NCBI GenBank assembly: GCA_963677925.2
Contig: CAXXYH010000003.1
Span: 288,001-352,000, forward strand
Direction: 5' to 3'
DNA from: Spirochaetia bacterium
GTDB taxonomy: Bacteria; Spirochaetota; Spirochaetia; UBA9216
DNA: 64,000 nt
Notes under the pieces: model-generated
Databases searched by the model: none
Seen by the model: the letters and a program-made list of their open reading frames with translations, nothing else
Told to the model about the DNA's origin: nothing
Program-made: the position numbers and the translations under genes
Shown here: positions 20,942 to 30,179 of the stretch, in pieces
How the letters are laid out: each line of letters opens with the position of its first letter
Numbering within the stretch: the first letter of the stretch is position 1

Positions 20942-23902
20942 TTACTTTTGTATGACAGACATAGAGTTTTTACCATCCATAATAACTTTAAATGGCTTAT
21001 CGTTCACAATATGGGTAAAATACTGATACTTTATAGCACCTTTAAAGTCTTTTATGTGATTCCAATCAATATTTGACCTTTTTTTCTTCTTGTGCGGAAC
21101 ATTAAAATAGCCGATATTCATTGCAACGACATTATGAAAAAAATGTGTGCCCTGCGAAGGTTCTATATCGAAATTTTCAAGTCCAACTTCAACAATTACT
21201 CTAGCCTTGCTTATTTGGGACCATAAAACAGGAATTCCAAGAAATCTATCACGCGATCCCCAGCGTCCGGGAGCAATAAGGATGTATTCTCTACCCGCTT
21301 CTTTCATCTCATCATTGAGCATTTCAATTTCCTGCTGCATTTCCATTGTCTTTGTATTATCAAAATCCTCCGGAGCTATAAAAATTATGTCTCTGATATC
21401 ATCTATGAGACCGTTTCCAAGCCCTTCTTCCGTGTAGAGAATCAGATCATCCTTATCCAGACTTTCAAAATCGATACATGCCTCATCAAGATTAACTGTC
21501 ATAGGACGGACCTGAAGCAGGTAAAAGGACGGCAGCTCATCCGCCGTTTTCATTAAATCGACGGCAAACTCTATTTCAACAGGCACTCCAAGTGCAGCCT
21601 GTGCCATCTCCAGAACCTCTTTAACAATATCCGAAAGTGGAAATACGTTATATTTCAGAATATTGGCAAAATTAATTACTCTGGGCCCCGGCGAACTGAT
21701 ACCGTCAACCATCCGCTGGTTTTCAGAATCCCAGACTGAAGCCATGTGATAAAGATTCCTGTGTTTTTCGGCAACATTGACCCGCAGCCTGGAAAGTGTT
21801 TCATATTCTCCTTTAAGAATATCCGTGTCTTTCTTATTCAGATCTATTGCATAGAAATGCGTCTGAGTAGATTTTACAATCTCCTCATCGGAAAGATACG
21901 AAACAGTAGGATATTCCGGACAGAAGCGGTAGTTTTTCTCACCGTCAACAACAGCCTGCCCCAGCCCCACAGCAATTGAAGCAACTCCGTCCGTATTTTT
22001 CATATTCCCAAGGGGATAGTAATTAAAGGACTGTCCGACTCCGGAGACATGCGGGTAATAGTAGCTGTCATAAGAACGCCCTACAACTTCCTGTATAACC
22101 ACCGCCATCCTCTCTTCTTCAATGAGGTAATTAAGATTTTCAATGTATTTTCGAGTATTATTAAGAAATACTGATGAATAAACAAGTTTAATTGCATTTG
22201 TAAGCTGTTTCAGCCGCTGCTCAATACTGTCGTCATTATTTGGGATCATATATGTCTGATAAACACCGGCAAAAGGCTGAGATTGTGAATCTTCAAGCAG
22301 CCCCGAAGAACGTACTGCAAGCGGAACCCTGACTTCTTCAAGAAAAAGCATCAGTTTTTCGTTAACAAACGGCGAGAGTCTTCCTGCAACAAATTTTTGT
22401 TTGATATCCTCGTCATCAGGACTATTTCTGAGTTCAAAAAGGTTGTTTTCATTTACAAAATCACTGAATACCGATGTTCCAATAATTGTTGTCCTTGGAA
22501 TTTTAACCAGAACATCCTTGAATTTATTCTCAAACTCGGTAGTCACCAGAAAAGAGTTAAAAAAGGCTAGACCGCGCCCTTTCCCACCGAGAGATCCTGA
22601 TCCAATTCGATTGATTACACCGTCATTCTTTAGACTTTCTAGATTAAGGCTTACTATCTTACCGCGGTTTCTCATTCGACGCAGCTTCATAAACTGCTGA
22701 AGAAGATACTTGCGGTAGGTATCGTAGTTATTAAAATCCTCAGCTTCAACCGGCCGAAGGATTCTTGCCAGCTGCATTTCTCCATGCGCAATCAGCCATG
22801 ATGAGAAATCTTTTTTCCGGCTGTGATTAAGCAGTGATTCAAGCGGCAATTCCGGAATAATTCTTTCAAAATCACCAAGATTTCTGGCCCTTGCTATTTC
22901 CCCGCCATCTTCATCCTTGAAAACCAGATCTCCGAAACCAAGATTCTCGATTATAAAATTGCGCAGATCTTTCAGAAGAAACTGGGACTGCTTATGAAAG
23001 AAATTAACCCCGAGCTGTTCAGCTCTTCTTCTGTTTGTGAGCACCGATGACTGAAGAATACAGGGCATATCAGGATTCTCATTTCTTATCTTTCCAAGAA
23101 ATTTAACTCCTGCATCTCCATCCAGAGCGTGGTCTTTATAAAACTCCATATCTGACATAACGCAGAGAATATGCTCCTGGTACTGTTCATAAAGTTCCAC
23201 ACCTTTTTCATAGTTATCGGTTACAATAACCTTTGGTCTTGTACGCATCCGGTTGTATTTCTGGTTATCATTAAGCTCTTCGGATATCAGCCGCTGAGTC
23301 TGCTCCATAATTTCGGTATATAGAAGCGGCAGGTATATTGAGATAAAGTTAATTGAATCTTCAACAAGGAGAATCACCTTAACCAGTCCGTGTTCAGTAT
23401 CATAAGGAGCATTTTTTTTATCCTCGATAAACTTAATCATTGCAAGAATAAGCTTGGAATCACCGTTCCAGAGAAATATATTCTCAATATGCTCAAGCCG
23501 GTTCCGGTTTCTGTTTACAAGCGCTATATCAGACTGTACTGTTAAAAGCAGGATCACAGGAACATCAGGCTGTACTTCCTTAATCTTGGCAGAGAGTTCA
23601 AAACTGCTCTCTTCACCCGTCCTGAGAGTTGTAATTACAAGATCAAAGCGTCTTTCGCGCAGCAGATTAAGCGCATCAGTACCGGTAGGCGTACTCGTTA
23701 TCCTTGGCACCGTAGTCAGGTTTAGCTGATGATACTCGCCTACTATCTGCTCTGAAAGTAGAGAATCATGCTCAAATATATAAGCATCATAAAAAGTTGA
23801 GATAAGAAGTATCTCTTTAACGCGGTACTGCATCAGATTATGAAAGTTATCTTCACCGTATTTAAATTTGTCATAGTAAAATCTCAGTTCTTCAAGATTC
23901 AT
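20942..23902 (-). CDS. Receiver-domain / PEP-pyruvate-binding (PPDK_N ATP-grasp) fusion protein
   Basis: Two REC-like segments (FDLVITT; LLVEDS..VMSDM..HK), then GGKGRGL, AVRSS..EDS, FAGVYQT, EIEFA, LLQVRP; no PEP-binding TIM barrel. Confidence 0.85.
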   Translation of the reverse strand: MNLEELRFYYDKFKYGEDNFHNLMQYRVKEILLISTFYDAYIFEHDSLLSEQIVGEYHQLNLTTVPRITSTPTGTDALNLLRERRFDLVITTLRTGEESSFELSAKIKEVQPDVPVILLLTVQSDIALVNRNRNRLEHIENIFLWNGDSKLILAMIKFIEDKKNAPYDTEHGLVKVILLVEDSINFISIYLPLLYTEIMEQTQRLISEELNDNQKYNRMRTRPKVIVTDNYEKGVELYEQYQEHILCVMSDMEFYKDHALDGDAGVKFLGKIRNENPDMPCILQSSVLTNRRRAEQLGVNFFHKQSQFLLKDLRNFIIENLGFGDLVFKDEDGGEIARARNLGDFERIIPELPLESLLNHSRKKDFSSWLIAHGEMQLARILRPVEAEDFNNYDTYRKYLLQQFMKLRRMRNRGKIVSLNLESLKNDGVINRIGSGSLGGKGRGLAFFNSFLVTTEFENKFKDVLVKIPRTTIIGTSVFSDFVNENNLFELRNSPDDEDIKQKFVAGRLSPFVNEKLMLFLEEVRVPLAVRSSGLLEDSQSQPFAGVYQTYMIPNNDDSIEQRLKQLTNAIKLVYSSVFLNNTRKYIENLNYLIEEERMAVVIQEVVGRSYDSYYYPHVSGVGQSFNYYPLGNMKNTDGVASIAVGLGQAVVDGEKNYRFCPEYPTVSYLSDEEIVKSTQTHFYAIDLNKKDTDILKGEYETLSRLRVNVAEKHRNLYHMASVWDSENQRMVDGISSPGPRVINFANILKYNVFPLSDIVKEVLEMAQAALGVPVEIEFAVDLMKTADELPSFYLLQVRPMTVNLDEACIDFESLDKDDLILYTEEGLGNGLIDDIRDIIFIAPEDFDNTKTMEMQQEIEMLNDEMKEAGREYILIAPGRWGSRDRFLGIPVLWSQISKARVIVEVGLENFDIEPSQGTHFFHNVVAMNIGYFNVPHKKKKRSNIDWNHIKDFKGAIKYQYFTHIVNDKPFKVIMDGKNSMSVIQK

Positions 23903-23972
23903 ATAATTCTCCCCTTTCAGCTTAAGCCGATGATCTGCCTATGGTCAATATATAACTTTTAGGTAATTTTGT

Positions 23973-24025
23973 TTGCATGATTCATTCTTATCTGGTATTA
24001 TGTATATATATGTTCGGGCAAACAT
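23973..24025 (+). promoter_or_regulatory. sigma70-type promoter (TTGCAT-N17-TATTAT) followed by candidate operator ATGTTCGGGCAAACAT (24010-24025)
   Basis: Exact 17-nt spacing; palindrome shared with the hydA and preT/AEC upstream regions. Confidence 0.6.
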
Positions 24026-24090
24026 TTTTAACACATCCGGATTACCCGCCGGACTAAAATGTTTGTAATTTTTCAGGAGGACGATATCAT

Positions 24091-25338
24091 ATGGATCTAA
24101 AAGAATTACGGATCGATGGTGCCAGATTAAAAAGCACCCTCGAAGAATCGGCCAAAATCGGAAAAACTGAGAATAATGGTCTGATTAGATGTGCCGCAAC
24201 TGATGAAGATAAAATTGGAAGAGATCTTCTTGTTAAATGGTACAAGGAATGTGGTTGTGAAATCACTATTGATGAAATGGGAAACATTTTTGCCCGTCGT
24301 CCGGGTAAGAATCCGGAACTCGGTGCAGTAATGACCGGGTCGCATTTTGACACTCAAAAACCCGGCGGAAGGTTTGACGGTATTCTTGGTGTTCTTGGAG
24401 CACTTGAGGTAATGCGTGTTATCAACGAGAATAACATTGAACTTGAAAGAGATTTTATTATAGTAGACTGGACCAATGAAGAAGGCGGCTGGTTTGCTCC
24501 CGCATGTATGGGTTCAGGTGTTTGGGTTGGTAATCATACTAAAGAATGGGCCTATGAAAGAAAGGACCGTGACGGAAACACCGTTTTCGGTGAAGAGCTT
24601 GAGAGAATCGGCTACAAGGGCACTTACCCATGCTCCCACAAAGAATGGAATATCTATGCTGCGTACGAACTTCATATCGAGCAGGGACCACAGCTTGAAA
24701 AAGAAGGAATCCAGATTGGAGCTCCCAAGGGAATTCTCTGTCTTCACTGGTATGACATCTACCTTGAAGGTACAGCCAACCAGGTTGGACCGACACCAAT
24801 GGTAGGCAGAAACGATGCGCTCCTGGCATTTTCTGAAATGAATATGGTGGTAAATAAAGTAGCTCATCAGTTCGGTGATATGGTTGGAACAGTAGGCGAA
24901 ATTCAGAACTATCCTAATTCAAGAAACATCATTCCGGACAAGGTTCACTTCACAGTAGACATTCGTTCATGGGATGATGATCATGCTATCAAAGCATGGG
25001 AAATGATGAAGAAAGAGTTTGAAGTTATTGCTGAGCGGAGAGGATGTCCTATCAGAACAGAAGAAACCTGGAAAGTAGCTCATGCACCATTCGATAAGGA
25101 TTTATGGGATCGTGTAGTAGAAACATCCGAAGAACTCGGCTATTCATCAATGCGGATGGTATCAGGTGCCGGCCACGATATGAGTGAAGTTAATCAGGTT
25201 ACCAGAGGCGCAATGATCTTTGTTCCGTCTATCAACGGACGCAGTCACGTAGAAGTTGAAGACACTCCTTATGAAGACTGTGAAAGAGGTGCAAACGTGC
25301 TTCTCCACTGTATTCTAAAGACTGCAAACGAAAAATAA
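24091..25338 (+). CDS. Zn-dependent M20 N-carbamoyl amino-acid hydrolase, probable beta-ureidopropionase (PydC-like)
   Basis: GSHFDT..GGRFDG, WTNEEG, ELHIEQG, GAGHD, SH; hydA and preTA in the same window. Confidence 0.85.
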   Translation: MDLKELRIDGARLKSTLEESAKIGKTENNGLIRCAATDEDKIGRDLLVKWYKECGCEITIDEMGNIFARRPGKNPELGAVMTGSHFDTQKPGGRFDGILGVLGALEVMRVINENNIELERDFIIVDWTNEEGGWFAPACMGSGVWVGNHTKEWAYERKDRDGNTVFGEELERIGYKGTYPCSHKEWNIYAAYELHIEQGPQLEKEGIQIGAPKGILCLHWYDIYLEGTANQVGPTPMVGRNDALLAFSEMNMVVNKVAHQFGDMVGTVGEIQNYPNSRNIIPDKVHFTVDIRSWDDDHAIKAWEMMKKEFEVIAERRGCPIRTEETWKVAHAPFDKDLWDRVVETSEELGYSSMRMVSGAGHDMSEVNQVTRGAMIFVPSINGRSHVEVEDTPYEDCERGANVLLHCILKTANEK

Positions 25339-25382
25339 ATTTACCAATAACACACAAAGCTACTATCCGTAGCATAAAATAC

Positions 25383-25408
25383 AGGCAGCTTAACAGCTGC
25401 CTTTTTTT
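25383..25408 (+). terminator. Intrinsic terminator
   Basis: AGGCAGCT-taac-AGCTGCCT followed by a T run. Confidence 0.85.
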
Positions 25409-25417
25409 AAACGTTAT

Positions 25418-26419
25418 TCAAAAAAAACTTCGGATTTTTTTAAAAATAAGAAATAAAGGATAGCCAAGACATCCGCCAGCACTGTTGAGTGCAAGATCAA
25501 GCATTGATGAATTCCTGCCGGGTATCCCGACCTGAAGTAATTCTATAAATAAACTAACTCCAAAAGAGATGCATAGCACAATTAGAAACCTGCGAATCTT
25601 TCTTTTTTTAATCTTCTGAAAGCTCAATATCGAAGAAATAAAACCCAATGGAATAAAACCCAAAAAGTTAATTACAGCGTCTCTTTGTAAATTTCTTGAA
25701 TAAAATAGATCAAAACCTGTGTTTTGCAGATAAACAGGATATATATTGCTGTTCTTTTGAGGGATAATAATATCAGAACGCTTTGATATTGTATCGACTG
25801 AAATTTCTTCGACTGCAATATCATTATTTTTATAAAAGCTTATATTTGAAATTGCCCCATGCCACGGAGCGGTACCGGAAGAGTGATTACCTATTATCAA
25901 TCGATAATTTTTTTTTGAAGGTTCAAGTTTTAAAACTAAATTGTCAGAGGTTCTTTCAAGTACACCATCAACGTACACAGTTGTTTTTTTAAATCCGCCA
26001 GCAACCTTAATTTTGTAGCTCCCCGGCTTTTCACTAAGCGGTACATAAATTTTAGGTTCTTTTCTATTATTGCTGTAATCATCTCCGTTCATTATCATCA
26101 GACTGTTTTGCCATTGACCGATTACAAACTGCTTTTTGCTATCTCCGTAAGTCAGCATTAAAAGTACGCTGAATCTTTTTTCATCGAGACGCTCAGGCTT
26201 AACAGTTAATTCAATAATAAAACCGTCATCAAAACTATGTTTTGCTAAAAAACCTTCATCGGTATATAACATAGAGTTTTTTGTAAATATCAAATCGGAA
26301 TCCGAATCTATATCAAAGCTATTAATGGATGCCTGTCCATTTTTTTTAAGACCGAAATACAAAATGAAAGACAGGATAATGATAAAAGATATGATACAAA
26401 GTAATTTTTTCAATCTCAT
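25418..26419 (-). CDS. Membrane protein with LamG/ConA-like periplasmic domain and C-terminal VanZ-like domain
   Basis: N-terminal TM; VYVDG, LIIGN, WHGAI; then INFLGFIPLG..SLFIELLQ..PGRNSSMLDLALN. Confidence 0.8.
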   Translation of the reverse strand: MRLKKLLCIISFIIILSFILYFGLKKNGQASINSFDIDSDSDLIFTKNSMLYTDEGFLAKHSFDDGFIIELTVKPERLDEKRFSVLLMLTYGDSKKQFVIGQWQNSLMIMNGDDYSNNRKEPKIYVPLSEKPGSYKIKVAGGFKKTTVYVDGVLERTSDNLVLKLEPSKKNYRLIIGNHSSGTAPWHGAISNISFYKNNDIAVEEISVDTISKRSDIIIPQKNSNIYPVYLQNTGFDLFYSRNLQRDAVINFLGFIPLGFISSILSFQKIKKRKIRRFLIVLCISFGVSLFIELLQVGIPGRNSSMLDLALNSAGGCLGYPLFLIFKKIRSFF

Positions 26420-26442
26420 TGCTTATAGTTTTTAAATTTATT

Positions 26443-26483
26443 ATCAGATTTTAGCAAGCCGTTAAAGCCTGCTAAAATCTGAT
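26443..26483 (-). terminator. Long inverted repeat after the surface-protein gene (terminator-like)
   Basis: ATCAGATTTTAGCA-N13-TGCTAAAATCTGAT. Confidence 0.55.
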
Positions 26484-26492
26484 TTAGAATTA

Positions 26493-29159
26493 TTAATCCT
26501 GTTCATATGCGCCAATAGACCAGCCTGTACTTCCATTCCCTGTTCTCAGGGTTCCATCAATATCATCAGTGAAAGACCAGCCGTTTGAACTTCCGTCAAT
26601 CGCTCCTTCTCTTACTGTTATATCTGCGCTTGAGGTAAGATGCCAATCGGCTGTCTCATCTACAAAATAAGTATTGCTGCCATCAACAAGATCGACAGAA
26701 ACATTAGAGCTTGCGCCTGTAATTGAACTATTCAGATCAGCAGCACTTATATAGTTCTCAGAACCTGAATTACCGTAGTAAAAAGAATCAAGTTGAAAAA
26801 AATTATTATTTTTTAAAGAAACCACGTCCCAGACTGATGTAGTTCTGCACAGACCATATGAACCGCCGTCGAATGTTTCATAATACTCATATACAATATT
26901 ATTATCAAAGGAAATTGTTACAGTTCCTGTATTCGCTGAAGTTTCACCAAAAGCATATGATGGAGAGGCATTACCATCTTCACCAATAATAAAAGTATTA
27001 TTTCTTACGATAAAAACAGGATTTGTACATGAGGCTAAATGGATTCCGCAGCTGCCGCCGTTAACGGGGTTAAACCTGAGATTAAACAGATTATTCAGGA
27101 TTGATGCAGTCCCTGTAAATGATGAAGCATAAACTGCATAAACGTATCTTGGCCCGGTCTGCATTTCTATAACATTATTTTTTAATATAAACCCATCTGA
27201 TGCTGAATATAATGCTACACCTACTCCTGTACTGTTTGACCCCTTTACAACTATATTATTGCTGCTGACGGTCAAATTCTGGCAGTTAGTCAGATAAAGC
27301 CCATAGGCGCTTCCTGAACTATTTATAGATTCGATAGTAAATCCGTCAATTGTAAGCCCTGTGCTTAAAGAACTTCCCGTGAACGCATATATTGTAGTAC
27401 TGGTTGAACCTTGACTTATTGTTGTTGTATTTACTGCAACATCTCTGGTCCACTCAGAACTTTCATATCCTCCGAACAACGAGACTCCATCCGCAAGAGT
27501 TATAGTCGAGGCACTGTCTATTACATATGTGCCGGATGCGACTTTTACTGTATCCCTTGCTGCAATCACCGCTTCATCAATGCCTTTCTGAATTGTAGCA
27601 TATGGAAGAACGGAAGACCCATCCCCGGTTGTATCATTTCCGGTCGTCGCGACGTAGACAGAACTGTCTGCACCCGCCTTAATAGTTGAAATTGAAATAT
27701 TACCGCCCAGACTGGACTCTGCACCAATTCGGATACAATCAAGCGCTATTGCAGAAGTTACCGTGCCGCTGCCGGTACTTCCTCCTGCATTAAGGGTCCA
27801 GAAACCGGTATCATATTCATATGTAAAAATTACAGTCTGTGCTGCAGCTGTAACAGCAGGCGACAGAAGAGCAGAACCAGGATCTCCACCTATACCCCAA
27901 CCGGACAGAGAGCCGATATTTCCGATGAAAAAATGTTCCGTTCCGGAAGAGCCGCCTGAATACAGACTTATTCCAGCCCAGCTTGTATTTGCAAACGTAC
28001 CGCTGCCAAGCTCTTCTGTTGTAAATGTCAATACAAGAGTTTCTCCTGAAGCAAGCGAGGAACTCAGATCTGCATAAGCATATTTGTCAGTAGCGGTTAA
28101 ACTGGTATCAATAATCCCGTTTGAAACGATAAAAGTACCAGAAGAGACCGACCAGACTCCTCCGACATCCGGAGTCAAACCGTCAAGTGAGCCATCCGTA
28201 CTGAAATCATCAAAAAATAAATCACTCAAAGCCGGTGAAGCTGTAGTTGCATTATTTGAGATATAAACAGCCTTGTTACCATCTTCATCTGAAACCAATA
28301 TGTTAATATAGTAAGAAGTGTTTGAGATCAAACTTCCTGCATTATAACTGGATATATTTGTCAGATTACTGCCGTTCAGTTTTGTACCGTTTAAGATACA
28401 GTCAGTGAGACTTGTTATATTATTTGCAGTGGAGATATAAACCTCATAATTGAGATTTGACTGACTTGTTGTCGTATCGGTTGCTGCAGACCATGATACT
28501 GTAAATGAAGAATCAGTAATAGATGAAATTGATAATATACCGCTGCCGCCGGGAACAGGCGGTACAGCATCTGCCCATGCTGCATATAAAGTAAGATCTG
28601 AATTTACAACATCAGAAGCGAGAATCCACTCCTGAGTAAGCAGGCTGTCTGTATACCATCCTGAAATTGAAAAGTCTGTTCTAACTGGATTCACAGGAAT
28701 AGAAACAAGCCCTCCCTTTTGCACATACTGAACAGGCAGAGACGTTCCGCCGTTCGTATTGAAGGTCACATAAAACCCAGCATATCCAAGGTTAATTACC
28801 AGCTCTGCATCTTCTCCTGCGGTAAGGTTAATTGTTGAATTTCCGGAAAACAGGACATTTCCATCTGCATCCAAAGCTTCAAGTACGAAACGCCGGTTGG
28901 GTCCTGCTTCAACCTCAATACTGATTGATTCTTCAGTAAACTCATACTCTATCGCCGACATATCATCAGCGGAAATACTTATTTTAAAGGAGATAACATC
29001 AGCTGCGGCAGTCCTGCTTTCCGCAGGGTTCAGGCCTGTATTAACAGTGACTCTTGTTGTTTCTATTAAAAAGTTGTTCAAAGGGTTACAGGTGGTGATT
29101 ACAAATATCATTGGAATTAAGAGTAATATAATTAAATACTTCATTATTTTGCTGGCCAT
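26493..29159 (-). CDS. Large Ser/Thr/Gly-rich surface (lipo)protein: InlB B-repeat, FN3-like, beta-sandwich, DUF1565/right-handed beta-helix
   Basis: Signal ending ITTC; VTFNTNGG..P..GWY..TLYAAW; TVSWSAATD..Y; VYVATTGND..PYATIQKGI; C-terminal DIDG..R..SIGAYE; GGAG RBS before 29159. Confidence 0.75.
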   Translation of the reverse strand: MASKIMKYLIILLLIPMIFVITTCNPLNNFLIETTRVTVNTGLNPAESRTAAADVISFKISISADDMSAIEYEFTEESISIEVEAGPNRRFVLEALDADGNVLFSGNSTINLTAGEDAELVINLGYAGFYVTFNTNGGTSLPVQYVQKGGLVSIPVNPVRTDFSISGWYTDSLLTQEWILASDVVNSDLTLYAAWADAVPPVPGGSGILSISSITDSSFTVSWSAATDTTTSQSNLNYEVYISTANNITSLTDCILNGTKLNGSNLTNISSYNAGSLISNTSYYINILVSDEDGNKAVYISNNATTASPALSDLFFDDFSTDGSLDGLTPDVGGVWSVSSGTFIVSNGIIDTSLTATDKYAYADLSSSLASGETLVLTFTTEELGSGTFANTSWAGISLYSGGSSGTEHFFIGNIGSLSGWGIGGDPGSALLSPAVTAAAQTVIFTYEYDTGFWTLNAGGSTGSGTVTSAIALDCIRIGAESSLGGNISISTIKAGADSSVYVATTGNDTTGDGSSVLPYATIQKGIDEAVIAARDTVKVASGTYVIDSASTITLADGVSLFGGYESSEWTRDVAVNTTTISQGSTSTTIYAFTGSSLSTGLTIDGFTIESINSSGSAYGLYLTNCQNLTVSSNNIVVKGSNSTGVGVALYSASDGFILKNNVIEMQTGPRYVYAVYASSFTGTASILNNLFNLRFNPVNGGSCGIHLASCTNPVFIVRNNTFIIGEDGNASPSYAFGETSANTGTVTISFDNNIVYEYYETFDGGSYGLCRTTSVWDVVSLKNNNFFQLDSFYYGNSGSENYISAADLNSSITGASSNVSVDLVDGSNTYFVDETADWHLTSSADITVREGAIDGSSNGWSFTDDIDGTLRTGNGSTGWSIGAYEQD

Positions 29160-29258
29160 ACTATTCTCCATATACCGGGGGCTGCCCCTATCCGCATCAG
29201 GAACCTGCAGAATTATTAAAGGTGTGAGAACTCTCTTCATGCAGAACTCCGGCTAAAA

Positions 29259-30170
29259 TTACTCAGGCCAGTTAACCTGAATATTAACATTTGTAGTTGT
29301 AGGCACCACTGTGGTAATAACCTCTGTTATCACTGCGGTAATTGCCGACTCGGTTTCAGTTGAGGAGACACTGCCGCCGCCTGTTGAGATATCTGACGGA
29401 GAGGGCGGTTTTGTAGAGACGGTGACTATTGACTGCGCAATTGCAGTAGCCATTGGTGTAACCATTCCACCGTCTGCACCGCTTGCAAGCAAAGGAGCAG
29501 ATGCAATTTCCGCCGGAGGCTCGGATGGTTCGGGAAGATCTGCACCAGCATCTTCAGTAGAATCATCACCTGCGACTTCCTCACCATCGGCTTCATCACT
29601 GCTGTCAGACTCTTCACCGTCTTTTTTTTCTTTAGTCTTTGTTTTCTTCTCTTCACCTACCGTAGCTTTTTTCCCTGTCCTGATATCGGTAACTACAGCC
29701 ATACCGTCCCATGCCATCACCTTCATCCCTTGGCCGTCACCGAGTATTTCAACATCAAGAACCGTACCCCGGACAGATGCAGTAGAGTTTGCATTTCTAA
29801 TGGTAAAATCATGATCAACACCCTCACTCGAATGCACTTCAGATCTGACATTCCCGATATCAAGGAATAGATCTGTTACAACCGTTCCTTCTTTTTCTAC
29901 AAGTTCTGATAATGTAAGCCTGGTCAGATCTTTTGCAACAACAACTGATGAATCACCCAGTATCATCACAGCTTTGGAGTTAAAACCGGTAGAAATACTG
30001 TCACCTGCAGTCAACTTATCTCCAGGGACTACAGGGCGCCATCCTCCTCCGCCTATTTTAGCCTCAACTTTACCACTCACCTCTTTGATAGTGGCAGTCA
30101 GCTCCGCCGCTGTAATTCCAACAGTTATTACAAAAATCATAAAAAAAATTATGGTAATCTTTTTAAGCAT
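29259..30170 (-). CDS. Exported FecR-domain protein with acidic/Pro-rich linker
   Basis: Signal peptide; VSGKVE..W..GD.ISTG, TASVRGT; EDSDE-rich tract. Confidence 0.85.
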   Translation of the reverse strand: MLKKITIIFFMIFVITVGITAAELTATIKEVSGKVEAKIGGGGWRPVVPGDKLTAGDSISTGFNSKAVMILGDSSVVVAKDLTRLTLSELVEKEGTVVTDLFLDIGNVRSEVHSSEGVDHDFTIRNANSTASVRGTVLDVEILGDGQGMKVMAWDGMAVVTDIRTGKKATVGEEKKTKTKEKKDGEESDSSDEADGEEVAGDDSTEDAGADLPEPSEPPAEIASAPLLASGADGGMVTPMATAIAQSIVTVSTKPPSPSDISTGGGSVSSTETESAITAVITEVITTVVPTTTNVNIQVNWPE

Positions 30171-30179
30171 ACTATCCTC

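Noticed and set aside
20942-23902. Annotation as ppsA or ppdK
   Set aside because: Lacks the C-terminal PEP/pyruvate catalytic barrel
25418-26419. VanZ domain as glycopeptide resistance
   Set aside because: VanZ-like domains are widespread and no van cluster genes are present
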